Positions 50,567 to 64,000 of a stretch of DNA of 64,000 nt are shown piece by piece (position 1 is the first letter of the stretch; each line of letters opens with the position of its first letter). The DNA comes from Ylistrum balloti (lineage: Eukaryota): the NCBI RefSeq assembly GCF_031769215.1, contig NW_026781906.1, positions 310,001-374,000 of the forward strand. Reading direction: 5' to 3'. The notes beneath the pieces were generated by a model, which was given only the letters and a program-made list of their open reading frames with translations, searched no databases and was not told the origin of the DNA. Position numbers and translations under genes: made by a program.

Positions 50567-51365
50567 TTCTTTCTACCATAACCTGCGTATATTATCTCAC
50601 GCCCAGACTATTAATTAAACACCACATCCATTGTTTATTCATGCGCATAATACACACGTGCATTATTGACCACAGTCAAATTTATTGGACGAGGCATTGA
50701 CAGTTGACCCAATCATGACCTGTGACCCCGAACTACTTTCGCCACGTGCGATTGTTTTCATCGTCTGCTGTCCATCATCAACGTGGCTGACAGTGACGAT
50801 CTGTCATTCTTGTCGGCAGTCAAGATCGGTGATGCGGTAAAACTGTGTGGAGGGGTGAAAGGGGATGAAAATTGGTAAATGCAGTAATTTTGGTTTCCCA
50901 AACTTTGTGATGTACAGTTCCGAAGAAAGTGATCAGAAGTGTACGAAATTACACGCCATCTTTATCGTGTCTGCATTCACATTTTCCCGCAATAAAATCT
51001 AGTTCCAAATTATTTTTTTAAAAGATAAACAATTTGTGTAATTTTGTAACGTGTTTCAATGAACTAATGTTACGGGATATTTTCAAACAAGATTACTGAA
51101 TAAATAAGTCTTTTGTTTCAAAAATAGCGATTTTGTCTCTTTTTGCATATTAATGAGCCAAGCAGACAACGCGAAAGTGTCAATGGGGGGAGGGGGACAA
51201 TGTTGTACACGGGGGAGGGGGGGCAATGTACACAATATATATATTTTACGTTAAAAGGTTATGGTAGAAAGAAGCTCTACAACTCATGACAGTTGATTAT
51301 CATCGTTACCAAACTCTCGTTAGATAACGATGATAATCAACTGCCACACGTTGTAGAACCTCTAT
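50567..51365. mobile_element. non-autonomous element with inverted repeats and a 3' hairpin (Helentron/HINE-like or MITE)
   Basis: 18-bp perfect inverted repeat ttctttctaccataacct (50567-50584 / 51256-51273), followed immediately by a hairpin with a 19-bp perfect stem (51290-51308 / 51325-51343) and an 8-bp outer stem. Confidence 0.6.
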
Positions 51366-51776
51366 TTATCACCTCTCTGGCGTTGCAAATATGATGCATA
51401 CGGTGACGTCATTAATTCTGTTTATGTATTATATAACCCTATCCTATTTCCTCATCTGTATGCATACTTTTAGAAGCTTGTCAAGATCTTGTCGATATGT
51501 TCATCAATATCTACATTATGAAGTTAACCTCCTCCATCTATTACTCAAAATATTGTATTGCATTTAGATCTGATAAAATTTGAAACATTAAACAGCATAC
51601 CTGGACATCTCGACCTTTTTTCCTGTTCACCTTTAACCCGTGTGAAATCCTCAGGTAAAACCCACCCAAGCGTGATCTATCTTAGTAGGGTGTGAGTAGA
51701 ACGATCTAATGTGTGACGTGTGAACCCCCTATTATCATATTGTAATTAATTGACCAAACCATTCGCGAAATGGATC

Positions 51777-51877
51777 ATGTAACGTCGCAGGACCTGTAAC
51801 GTCGCAGGACCTGTAAAGTCGCAGGACCTGTAAAGACCTGTAACGTTGCAGGACCTGTAACGTCGCAAGACCTGTAA
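51777..51877. repeat. 17-bp short tandem repeat (~5-6 copies)
   Basis: unit ctgtaacgtcgcaggac. Confidence 0.85.
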
Positions 51878-53769
51878 CACAAACAACGGTAAAAACGATT
51901 ATGTCTGGCTAACAGTTTCACATTTTATACCAATTTCCCTCTTTTTACATATATCATATATGAGAAGAAGCTATTTTGGTTGCGTCATATCACAAAACAG
52001 GGGAATAGACAGTAGCATTAGTCTTTCTTACAAAACACATTCCGTTTTTTTTATAAACCGTGTTAATTGTTCATACAACCGAGCGTTTCCAAGCGCCATC
52101 CGTAGCACTTCCAGCAATAACATGCTATATTTCATTAATTTGATGTTGTTGTTTTTTTCGCTGTTATATCGTCCCTGTTATATACACGTATGTATTGTTT
52201 AAAATCTCCCCTATTTCTGACATAACCAGCAATGTTATATTATATCACATTGATGTCGTCCCTATTATATATACAGTATGTAAGCATGTCATCTTCTTTC
52301 GACATCCATGTCACGATAACGTGTTATTGTTTTCTAATTTATATTTGACCTTATCGTCCTTGTCACATGTAGTTGTTTAGCGTATCCTATAATTGTGACG
52401 TTTCATCTATTTTTAACTTTAATTTTCTCTGTTACGTGAACATAATTGTATTTTCCCCATTGATTCTATTCGCTTTGGTCCCTGATCCTCTCGTGTTATT
52501 TTACGATTGACATTGTTGTTATTTATTTGAGTTATACCACTTCATCTCGTTTGAAGTTCTCTAGTTATTTGTTTGATTAGAGTTATCCCCCATTTTCCGT
52601 TTGGGTGTTTGTGGTATTATCCGTCATGATAAGAAGAGTCACCTCCCCTTTACAAACACAAAATATCTCTATTTCCTCTTTGTAAAAATAGTGACGCATA
52701 CAAAGAATAAAAAAAAAAAAAAAATAGCCCAACTGAAATCTCTAACACGTGAACATCTATCTGAAAATGTAATTAATCTGAAGCAAAACACATAACGTAA
52801 AATCAGTTATAGATTTCATGTCTTTGTTTTTATTATGAATGATGTTTGTTTCTGTACAAGGTACAAATTGATTTTTATATGACGTTATTTTTCTTGAAAC
52901 AACTGAAATATTAGCAGAGCAAGGTTTTTCCATCGACGTTTCTGGTAGGTGTAACCATGGTGCTGGAAAATGTCTCCGCCAGTTTTGACTTTTTGATAGA
53001 ACGAATAAGATTTTCATGGTTTATATATGACATTAAATACCAGTGATGGAATAGCATCATGGACATGTTGTCTATATACTTCGCTGAAAATAAAATTCTT
53101 ATGAAGACAATCTGAATTCATCCACCGTCATATCATGCCACGATATACTAGTAAATGGTTGTTTGATATTTTTATCATTGTTTGATATTTTTATCAACAA
53201 CGCATGCGTCTCGTTATGAATGATATTCAAGTATAAAAATAACACTCTGATGAAAATAAGAAAAGATCAAAGAGTTTTCTGAATATCATTACATTACAAT
53301 CTAATTTTACGATAATGAATATACACCAAACCACTGAAAAGCTACACGAAACACATTTTTTTAGTTCTAGGCCGTGTGCTGGACAGATGGATCACGATTC
53401 AGTGACTTCAGTCAGGAACGTCCAATATTCGTTTGCATGTTGTGCCGACTTTTTCCACTATCCGACCTCAGTATTTAATATTCAACACATCAGGCACATC
53501 AGGAAGTGGTTATGGTAACAATACACGTACACATATTGGTGCTGATCTGTGGTCTGGACATGGGATTATCAAACCGAGTTTGTTGTTTGATCTGTACACA
53601 TCGAATCATTGAGACGGGTGCATCACAACACCAATTAGCAAAATTTGTAAATACGTTACAATAGGAAGGGCTTGCCCTAGGGTTACCTCTCGGAAACGCT
53701 GGTAATTGTCTACAAGTTAACCAAACCGAGATACACACTCAAAAAAAAAAAAAAAATATGGGGCATAGC

Positions 53770-53910
53770 ACGAAAGAAATATTTGCAAGAAGATATTTGA
53801 AAAGGGGGGTAAGACGGAGTGTTCCAAAGGAGTAAGCGCCTTCTGCTTCATCGATAAAACTAACGATTCAATCTTGGTCAATCCAAGAAAATAATGTCCA
53901 GTTCTCAACT
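53770..53910 (-). mobile_element. 3' tail of the same retroelement family (reverse orientation)
   Basis: reverse complement gagaactggacattattttcttggattgaccaag...gatgaagcagaaggcgcttactcctttggaacac. Confidence 0.6.
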
Positions 53911-54899
53911 ATAATGATAATAATAATACTAACGAAACCACAATGCATCTAATATTAAAATGTACTTTGAACATATCTTATTTCATATTACACAATAAAA
54001 AAGAAATATTTTCCAATGAGATCATGAGAGCATCCATAACACTTAATCATAACTTCTATCGGCCTGCATCTCTCGTTATCCTGTGATGTGATTTTACATA
54101 TGGACATTTTTTTTAAGGAAACCATGAACTTAGGAACAATGTGATAGATTCGGAGAGATGGGCTGTTACTACGCCAGACGGAAGATACACAATAGGGAAA
54201 TATTACCTCAGTGTTGCAGCTTCATAGAAAGTTCTTACACCTGGCTTCGTTAAAGGAACAGACCGAAACTAGCTGCTAGTTTAGGAGGGTCTCTCGTGTC
54301 CTTGATTTCTGGTAGATGTATACACAGGATCAGTTTTCTTGTTATTTAAAGGCAATATAATCATCAATCTATCTAAAAATTATATTGAAGTCTTGACAAG
54401 GTCGATGTGTCCTGTTTTAATGAGTTCTATTATAAACCCAGCCTTGTTTAGTAACAAAATCAAGAGAGAAGAGTTAAGCCGCCGGTGTGCAAATTAGTCT
54501 GTTAAAATATCTTACCATCAAACTCAACGGAGATATTGTCAACCAGAACTTAGATAATTTTCTCAATTTTGTCCTCAATAATTATATTTCTGGTTGGCTT
54601 AAAACGAACCTCGTTTGAAAAGAAAGCTTTCGTAACCAGAGAATGAAGGCGTTTCTTCGGTTTAGAACCTTTATCAAGGAAGCAGTGCGCGTGTCACCTT
54701 CTATTATCATCGACCACCGGAACAACAATAAAGAATAGATATTTCAGACATAGTTTTGAGATTAATTATAACAATTTCCTTCAGCTGCTCCATATCTCGG
54801 ACATATAGGACGTTTCAAAATGTTCATCATACCAGATTTGTACGATGCATTGGTTTGCCAAACGTTGAATTATTCAATTATTCGTTTAGATATTTTGCC

Positions 54900-55130
54900 T
54901 GTTGGTTCCGGTTTTGGTTACCTTGTTCTTATTCGAGAACGTGGCATTGCTTTCTTGTATTGACCAAGGTTTGCATGGCGCGTGTCGTCGAGCAGAAAAA
55001 CAGATAACGCTACTTTTCCAGAACACCTGGTCTTCTTCTCCTTAATTTTGTTCATATTTGGACTTAGTTTTATGAAATTTGAGTTTTAATTATGATTATG
55101 TTGACATGTTTGTATTTTCTGTTTGTTACT
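54900..55130 (+). mobile_element. 3' tail of the same retroelement family
   Basis: gagaacgtggcattgctttcttgtattgaccaagg...ccagaacacctggtc matches 57750-57850. Confidence 0.65.
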
Positions 55131-56869
55131 GTTATGATGTGACATTCTACAGCCGTAATATGTCAAGCTTCTTCTAGTATGTAATAGTAAAATATGTTAC
55201 TGTCAACATCATTCGATTCGGTAGTACTTGACAAAAATCAGAAAAGCTGTCTGAAAGGAATAGCTGATTATTTTTGAAAACACATTATTTGACCCTATTG
55301 CAGGCTCAATAACCATGACCCTACTTAATCATATCTTAAAGTTTGTAAACTTGTTTTAAACAACCGACATACTCTAACAAAAACATAAACAATTGCAAAT
55401 TCTACCTAAAACCTTAAAACTAGCATTTTCACTCTATATCTTATTTGACATACGACCTTTCCATAACCCTGATATCATACTATCTGATCTTTAAGTAACT
55501 TCTTGGAAATAAGAATGCCCACAATCGGCAACCTTCTTTTGTATAGAAATACTTACAGGTAGGCTTCTTTTGTAAAGTCCTTGTCAATAAACAAGGTTGT
55601 AACTACAATGTATGTGTGAGTTGTGAATGGAAAGCTGACCGCTGGAAGTATCTGTAAGGAATTGTTCCTAAGTCAGGAGAAGGTCAGACGAAAATCACGT
55701 TATGCTTTGTCAATTAGTCACTTAATACTATCATGCAATGCGACAAGAAGCAGCCTCCCTACTGTCATGTCCAAAACCTGCAGGGGGAACGAGATTGAAC
55801 CCAATCACGTGAAAGGACAATGAGCATTTTATCTCATTTACGAAATCGAAATTCCCTAACGGGATTAAAGTTCTGTCTAGAGTTATCTGTTCTGCTTAAA
55901 GAAAGTCCTATACTCCCATGTTGGCTGTTGGATCCGTGACCAACAGAAAACGTTTGCCCCCTGGCTTCGGCCTGGATATTAAATCTAGCAATAACAAAGC
56001 AGTAATGTATACGTGTACAAACAGTTGTCTAGGAAACATGTTACTATAGCGATGTCACTCAAATGATCAGGTACATGCATAAGTTGTCGAATAAAAACTA
56101 AAATATATGGATGTTATTTTAGCTGATTGTAAATGTATGAGTGACAGTCGGTAGAGTCTTGAAATATATTATTATAAAGATACGCATGATATTGAAGAAA
56201 GCATTTTTAATGAAAACGAAATAAAAAAATGAAAAAAATAAACTTGGTCGGAAGCATTTATCAGAATGTGGAAACAAACTAACTGAACCGGACTTTTCAT
56301 GGACCTAGACACACAGTTGGACAATGAAGCCTGCCAGTGTCGATCTACCCAACAAATAAAGCTGTTTGTTGGCCATCAAGCCTGATCACATTACCTGAAA
56401 TAGAACGTCCGTGGAGATGTCCCTTAACCTATTATCACACACACTTAACACCATCAGCAGCCTGTGTATTCAAGACACGTACGTTTACTCTCTCACTGTG
56501 AAAATGACCTGTCAATTGTCCTCTAAAATATTTCCTTACTGCAAGCCGTCTTTATGTGTTCAAATGAATTGGGTACCGATAGTAGTGTGGCTTTGTGGAT
56601 TTCGTCTGCGTTCATATCAGAACCCTAAATAAATATAAGGCTGAGCTCGGAGACAGCAGAATAACTGTTAAAATCAATAAAGACTAAATGGATTGAGAAA
56701 AATTCTATGTAGGAGGTCATGTTTAAAGAAAGATTAATAAAAGAATTATTCTGTTGTCCAATGCTTACCTTACTATCACTCTTTTCTTAATTTTTAACGC
56801 AACTTTTCGGTGCATTATGTGACACATACATCTAGAAAATGCACATTTTGTCTGGTTATTGGTATACCA

Positions 56870-57345
56870 ACACCACACAACTTCACTTAACTTAAGTCGG
56901 ATGAGAGTTAGATTATTTGAATTGATCGGACTTCAAGTGCCCACACCACACTATTTCATTTAGCTAATGACGGACGAGAGTTACATTATCCTCAATAAAT
57001 CTGACTTTCTCCAGTACCCACACCACACTATTTTATTTAATTAATGACGGACGAGAGTTACATTATCCTCAATAAATCTGACTTTCTCCAGTACCCACAC
57101 CACACTATTTCATTTAGCTAATGACGGACGAGAGTTACATTATCCTCAATAAATCTGACTTTCTCCAGTACCCACACCACACTATTTTATTTAATTAATG
57201 ACGGACGAGAGTAACATTATCCTCAATAAATCTGACTTTCTCCAGTACCCACACCACACTATTTTATTTAATTAATGACGGACGGGAGTTACGTTATCCG
57301 GAATAAATCTGACTTTCTCCATTACCCACACCGCACTATCTCATT
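56870..57345. repeat. 77-bp tandem repeat (~5-6 copies)
   Basis: unit cccacaccacactattttatttaattaatgacggacgagagttacattatcctcaataaatctgactttctccagta. Confidence 0.93.
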
Positions 57346-57369
57346 TAAATTGGCAAGTTTTTGTACTGA

Positions 57370-57950
57370 ATGACAGACTCTTCTACATCAGCTGCTTATT
57401 TCGATCTTTTCCTATAATGAAACTAACACAGACAGATTTTTACCAAGATGTTTGATAAACGTGATGATTTCCATTTCACTCTATGTATCCCCAACCTGTG
57501 CTGTTTACATGTCGTAGTTAAATCGATATTAGCGATCATGATTTCTGTGCAAGAAATCGTCAACTGATGGACAAATTCCTAACACAGAGTGTTTCAAAAG
57601 GTGCGAGTTGATAAAATCATGAGGACGTTTTATGGTAGCCACGGTCATATCATTGAGAAATCATTTTATTTTTGTAAGATATGAGGCTGGACATGTTAAC
57701 TATTCGTTAGTTCGCCTGGTGGTCCCCTTGTTGTATACGTTGTTCTCATTTGAGAACGTGGCATTACTTACTTGGATTGACCAAAATTTATATGGCTCGA
57801 TGAAGCAGAAGACACTTACTTTTCCGGAACACATGGTCTTGCTCTTTTTTTTTAGAAGTCACCGTGTAAATGTTTCTTTTGTTTTATTTTTGCTCTAGGA
57901 GTTTCAGTTTGGATTATGTTGATATGTTGGTATTTTCATGTTGCTTTTTG
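57370..57950 (+). mobile_element. Penelope-like retroelement 3' relic
   Basis: TDSSTSAAYFDLFL...TKMFDKRDDFHF...TFYGSH, followed by the tail gaagcagaagacacttacttttccggaacacatggtc. Confidence 0.72.
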
Positions 57951-60900
57951 ACATCGATAGATAGATAACACGTTCCAAAATTTCTTTACCGTGGCCAAAG
58001 CTGGATCTTTGACGATAACCACTGATTTATGACTGCCCGTGAAAATTATTTTGAATAAAAAAATTGTCCAACGTATCTTCCTATCTCGTCATAAATTTTG
58101 GCACTTCGAAGAAGTTGTTTTCTGTATAAGCCTGGACGGAAGTTATATTGCTTTTTAAGATCACCATCAATATCACTTCCTGTTTATAAATCTACATATA
58201 TTTCCATGACATCATTATTTGCAACCTAATATTACATCATGTAAACATATGCTATTTACCGACACCTCTTCCGAAAAGGTTTTTAATTTATTTTGGAAAC
58301 GAAGTAGTAGCATTAAAATCATAGGGGACGAAGACATAATAATCCCATTCCCGAGTAATATATTCTTGGCTAGATACTTATCTCGTACATCTGCAAGGCT
58401 TGTAAATCAAGATACGAATACAAATGACATTGATATTACCATTACAATGAGAAAAATGTTGTGCCCTTCTTTTTACTGCTGCAAACTACAAGCTTGATAA
58501 CATCGTATCGTAAGGATGCACCACCATTGTTCAATTATTGAATTGCATAAAACATTGTTTAAACGAAGTGCTAACCGTCTCACTTTGTTGTACAGCAGTA
58601 GTTTTCACTGTTTTTAGAGACCTTGCCGCGTTTTAATGACAACCAGAGAAATTTGCAGATCCTTGAAAATGTCCTCCAAAAATACATCAACCTTTCGTTT
58701 CAAAGGACACATGGGTTTATCCTTAAAATCTCCAGGAAATTTTATTTGACATCTTAATTGCTTAATGTCACGGGTCTATCTACTGCCAAAGATCCACTGC
58801 ATCTACAGTCAGCACTCTATTGTTTCCTTAGGCGGGTAATCAAGGTTTTCTAACTGTATGACAGAAATATTTTCTGTGCTGTTCACTATTGCAATAACAT
58901 CAGAAAAATCTTTTCCACGTACTAAATTGTTTTAAATCGCTTTAATTTTTCTTATCGTTCCACCATCCCAGTTCATAGCCACCCTCATCCCTAGTCCATT
59001 GTCATTATTATTTTTATTATTATATCTTTTTTCTGTCTCTAGTGAGGAAATCAGTCAAGCAAATATAATTAAGCAATTAATCTGTCAGTAAGTTAATGAT
59101 TAGCACAGCTTCTACGAAAAACTGCAGGAAAATTTACAAGGAGAATAATACCAGGTGTTCCGAATGTTTTCTTTGTTAATTAAGAAAGTGATGTGATGTC
59201 CCTTAATGAAAACAAGGAATAAATCTACCTATTCAACAAACAAAACTAACGAGCGTTAAACACTCAGCTTCAAATCACACAAAGAAAATCGTCAAGATGG
59301 GAACAGGCCTTTGGATTTCGAATCAACTGTGACATGTAAATACCGTAGGTTTTTGAGACCACGTTCTCAGAATTAATTCCTGACGTAGGAGAAAATGGAC
59401 GAAATCGTCAAACTAATCGTATAAAGAAAAACAGGATATTCTCACTGAAAAGAAAGGTTGATACAATTCTTATTACCTAACCTTGTGTACTTCTAGAATG
59501 CGATCGCCATGACGACAGTAAACTCACCCATAACTTTCATCATTATGCATCTTTCGTAACTCTGTGTTACGAGTTTGTACGTCAGTTGTAAATTTGTTTT
59601 ATCTCTCTCGTCTCCAAAAGAATTACTAAATATTATCTTTGTCCAATGAATAATATTACCGATCATGACGTCATGTTGCTGACTGAACAGACGTGTTGTG
59701 TAGGGAAAAATACTCTCAACAGGGAACATTTTTATTCTTAGCAAGTGTTCTCACAGCAGCTGTTCATGAGAGTAACTTTGTTCTTCCAGTGACAGATGTT
59801 ATAGATTAATACAAAGATTGGAAAATTAATCCTGTTAATATTGTTATATATGAATAATAAGTAAAGTAAGGACAGCAAGACCAAGGCAACATAAGTCGAT
59901 AATTAATACAAATCAATATTAAATATCGAGTAGGTCCAGAGTTTTTGTTTTTTAATTAATGAATATCCCAGTAAAGGACCATTGAACACCTACATAAGAC
60001 ACAAGTATTGCCTAGTAAAGTTTACATGATAAATCAATATATATGCCTACAACGCCCTCTACAGTTGACTAGCCACTGGTCAGCAGGTGTTTTGGTTACT
60101 GTTGTTCAAATACTGGTTAGAGATAACCGTCTGTTCATGAAAGTTTTCAAAAAGAATCATACGAAAGACGAAACGTTCTCTTTTATTTCACAGCTGTAGG
60201 TTAATAGAGACATATCAGATTAGTATATTGGGGGTTTACTTTTGCATTTAGCTCTCTTATTGTTTCAATGGCAACAATTGTTATTTTTTCGTTTATCAAT
60301 GGTTAACAATCTTTTGAGCAACCAGGGTCACGTATTTTTATAGGTTTTGTGATTACTAGCTATTGCAAACTCTATCAAATATCCTTCAATCCTTTTGTAG
60401 AAACTAATGACGGGAAAAAAGGTAAATGTTTAAATATGACTTGGTCGAGATGATCCTGTTGTTCCATGACAGAACAATGTGACAATCCAAGAAAACCTAT
60501 TGATTTGCTGAGAGTTCATTGCATATGTATACAACCATTGACGTCATTTCGGTACTTATTTCTGCTTCGAAGCTTTCCGATAATTCAGCTAATGTTTGGT
60601 TTTTATCGAATCAGTGCGCTGTTTTCACGCCCGCCTGCCTGTGCTCTGACATAGCCCCCAGTCGACGTGAGACCATGTACACGTTTTGTCACGCATGTCT
60701 AAATGACAAGGAGGCAAACAAATGAGACGAGATAGCAGCATCTGCAGGGTTTGTGTTTTATCTGTCCAGTTCTTCATAGCAACAAACAAATGCAACTTCA
60801 TTTAATATTTCTATATCATACACAATCTGGCAACACCTCGGTAATTGGAACTGTATGACGTCACTCTTTTCGCCGGTCAAATCCCCGCGGACTTGGATGT

Positions 60901-61249
60901 CTAACACCAAGGATGAGAAGAAACTGTGTAGTAGCAAGGCAATGCCATTCCAGTAGCATTGTAACTAATCTCTCGTGACACTGACAGTAAATGATTGTGG
61001 TAATACCATCCACAGAACACGATACAGCTAGGAAAACAAACGGCCTTCACTATAGTTTAGTAACGATTTCAAATATTCCGTTAATATGTTCCGAATCTTA
61101 ACTACGTACGTGTATAATGCTGAGCATGCTTTCTTGTTTTGTCCTCATGACTAGGAGGTTATCGTTGTTAAGTTTAAACATAATTTGGTTTCCCCGAGGA
61201 GACAAATACAATCTCTCATACTCTGTTCTTTTTAAAATAATATAAATTC

Positions 61250-62510
61250 CTCTCTCGATGGTCCAGGTGACTGGTCGGTTTGTAACCAAAATACCTAGAT
61301 AGATGATCTTGTATAAATTCCTCTCTCGGTTGTCCAGGTGACCTGGTCGGTTTGTAACTAAAATACCTACATAGGTACTATTGTATAAATTCCTCTCTCG
61401 GTGGTCCAGGTGACCTGGTCGGTTTGTAACTATCTCTCGGTTGTCCAGGTGACCTGGTCGGTTTGTAACTAAAATACCTACATAGGTACTATTGTATAAA
61501 TTCCTCTCTCGGTGGTCCAGGTGACCTGGTCGGTTTGTAACTATCTCTCGATGGTCCAGGTGACCTGGTCGGTTTGTATCTAAAATACCTACATAGGTAA
61601 TATTGTATAAATTCCTCTCTCGGTGGTCCAGGTGACCTGGTCGGTTTGTAACTATCTCTCGGTGGTCCAGGTGACCTGGTCGGTTTGTAACTAAAATTCC
61701 TACATAGGTAATCTTGTATAAATTCCTCTCTCGGTGGTCCAGGTGACCTGGTCGGTTTGTAACTATCTCTCGGTGGTCCAGGTGACCTGGTCGGTATGTA
61801 ACTATCTCTTGGTTGTCCAGGTGACCTGGTCGGTTTGTAACTATCTCTCGGTGGTCCAGGTGACCTGGTCGGTATGTAACTATCTCTCGGTGGTCCAGGT
61901 GACCTGGTCGGTTTGTAACTATCTCCCGGTGGTCCAGGTGACCTGGTCGGTGTGTAACTATCTCTCGGTGGTCCAGGTGACCTGGTCGGTATGTAACTAT
62001 CTCCCGGTGGTCCAGGTGACCTGGTCGGTTTGTTACTATCTCTCGGTGGTCCAGGTGATCTGGTCGGTATGTAACTATCTCTTGGTTGTCCAGGTGACCT
62101 GGTCGGTGTGTCACTTTCTCTCGGTGGTCCAGGTGACCTGGTCGGTATGTAACTATCTCTTGGTTGTCCAGGTGACCTGGTCGGTGTGTCACTTTCTCTC
62201 GGTGGTCCAGGTGACCTGGTCGGTATGTAACTATCTCTCGGTGGTCCAGGTGACCTGGTCGGTTTGTAACTATCTCCCGGTGGTCCAGGTGACCTGGTCG
62301 GTTTGTAACTATCTCCCGGTGGTCCAGGTGACCTGGTCGGTGTGTCACTATCTCTCGGTGGTCCAGGTGACCTGGTCGGTATGTAACTATCTCTCAGTGG
62401 TCCAGGTGACCTGGTCGGTTTGTAACTATCTCTCAGTGGTCCAGGTGACCTGGTCGGTTTGTAACTATCTCTCGGTGGTCCAGGTGACCTGGTCGGTTTG
62501 TAACTAAAAT
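61250..62510. repeat. 39-bp minisatellite with longer interrupted variants
   Basis: unit ctctcggtggtccaggtgacctggtcggtttgtaactat. Confidence 0.97.
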
Positions 62511-64000
62511 ACCTACATAGATAATCAAGAAAACATTTGTTTACTTTTTTGTTCATGTTGTCAATACATTTTGGGTAGGGTGGAAGTTAATTTTTCCTCA
62601 TTTGTTTTTAAATATAGACACAATCTAATCGATCTGTAGTCGCGTTTGTCGAGGACGGTAGAGACCTCACCAAGGGAGGTGACACAAACTCTGAGATTTA
62701 CGATCATGTTCCAGGATCAGGCAGTGTGTCGGAATCCAATTATTCTACGCTACGTTGACAGTTTAACTGGTCCAAATGGGCCCTAGCACATAACCAGGGA
62801 GGGATGTTTTCTTACCTAGTCCGTATAAACGCGGTTTTTGCCGATGCAGCACAGCCTTTGTACCGACATAACAGGTCATTGCGGGCACAACTAGATTCTT
62901 GTGTAACATCGGAGTTCAAGCAAGCTGGCCTTTACCGAACAATAATTCAGGTTAGGCATTGGGAGGTTGTTGTTGTTGAACGAGAACATGGTGTGTTACA
63001 AACATTTGTAAGGTTTGATTTCTTTTTGCTTGTGTACAAAAGTGCGAATGTCCAAAGCAGGAGAGTATGAGTCATGCTTTATATATAGAAGAATGTATGT
63101 TGTCACTATGACCATCGTTTGCACTTTCTGGGAGACTTCCTTATTTTAAGATGATATTTTATCACAGGAGACATTATGCCAGAAACCGTACAATGCGCCT
63201 CTTTTTAATTTAACTCCTCCTGGAAACTTGAGTGCAGATTTTTATACGAAACAAATCCGGGTTTGGTTGGTGATATTTGCCTTTAAACTTATTTAAATAG
63301 TTTATGTCTTGATATTCTTCTTCTATCCGGGTATAAATAAGAAAATAAAATTTAGAAATGAAATACCATGAACATTCAGTTTCGAATCATGTACGAAATT
63401 GATTAACTCATAAATATATATATCTTCTACCTTATTTCAAAGAAATTTCTAATGGATTTTCTTATTGTTCGATTTACGTACGGCAAGATTGACAGACTAA
63501 TTTCGTTTCGTTTTTCTTTATATTTCATGTAATGTCTAGGTGTAGATGATTTGCTCCATGGTGTAAGTATAATCGCCTGAGTATGTACACTGTTTCGTTA
63601 ACACACTGTGCGATTTTAGGTCTAAGCTTTGAAATAGTTTTCTTGTCAATTACAATTCACGTTTTCGCTTTTGTTGAATACAGAGGACTGCTTTCCAAAA
63701 GCAGGCAAATGTCGATATCTTATATAAATGCAGGTAATTTCTTTCACAATTTACAAAGGAACTACGTAATCTGCCGAACATCACCAACATACAATTATTT
63801 AGACTACCAAAGTAACAGGATTTTTAACAAAATAAATTGTCTTATTTCCAACAAACCCTCAGAGGAGATTCATTCGCGCGATTTTCCGAAGAGATGGATG
63901 CATGTGTCGGGATTCGTTCCCTAAGGAATCTATGGATATATCGTGCCTTTTGTTGTTTCTCCTAAACACCCTAGTGATAGACATGCTACACACGTCTAGT

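Noticed and set aside
58200-59000. Coding-like decayed stretch on the minus strand (FPGDFKDKPMCPLKRKVDVFLED)
   Set aside because: Interrupted by stops, with no recognisable domain; would need BLASTx.
62630-63070. Higher-GC segment with an 88-aa + ORF and a minus-strand gtaag donor
   Set aside because: No recognisable homology or consistent exon structure; could be an exon of a gene outside the window, but this is unsupported.

Overview
AT-rich, intron-containing eukaryotic DNA. The repeat content (V-SINE, Penelope-like and HINE-like elements) suggests a mollusc, probably a bivalve, but this is inference. The window holds a head-to-tail minus-strand cluster of three DEG/ENaC (amiloride-sensitive sodium channel/degenerin) paralogs that share a 12-coding-exon architecture. 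Gene A (17515->5577) splices by hand into an intact 588-aa ORF. Gene B (35045->25334) is near-intact, but its start codon and exon 10 are unresolved and exon 11 is partly duplicated. Gene C (48285->42810) is a pseudogene; its last two exons were flipped to the + strand by a ~2 kb inversion that also splits a Harbinger/PIF transposon. About a quarter of the window is locally unique minisatellite. Several arrays derive from splice-donor junctions of the channel genes, and one derives from a LINE reverse-transcriptase fragment. From ~49 kb to 64 kb I found only repeats and transposon relics, with no identifiable gene. All gene models were built by hand.
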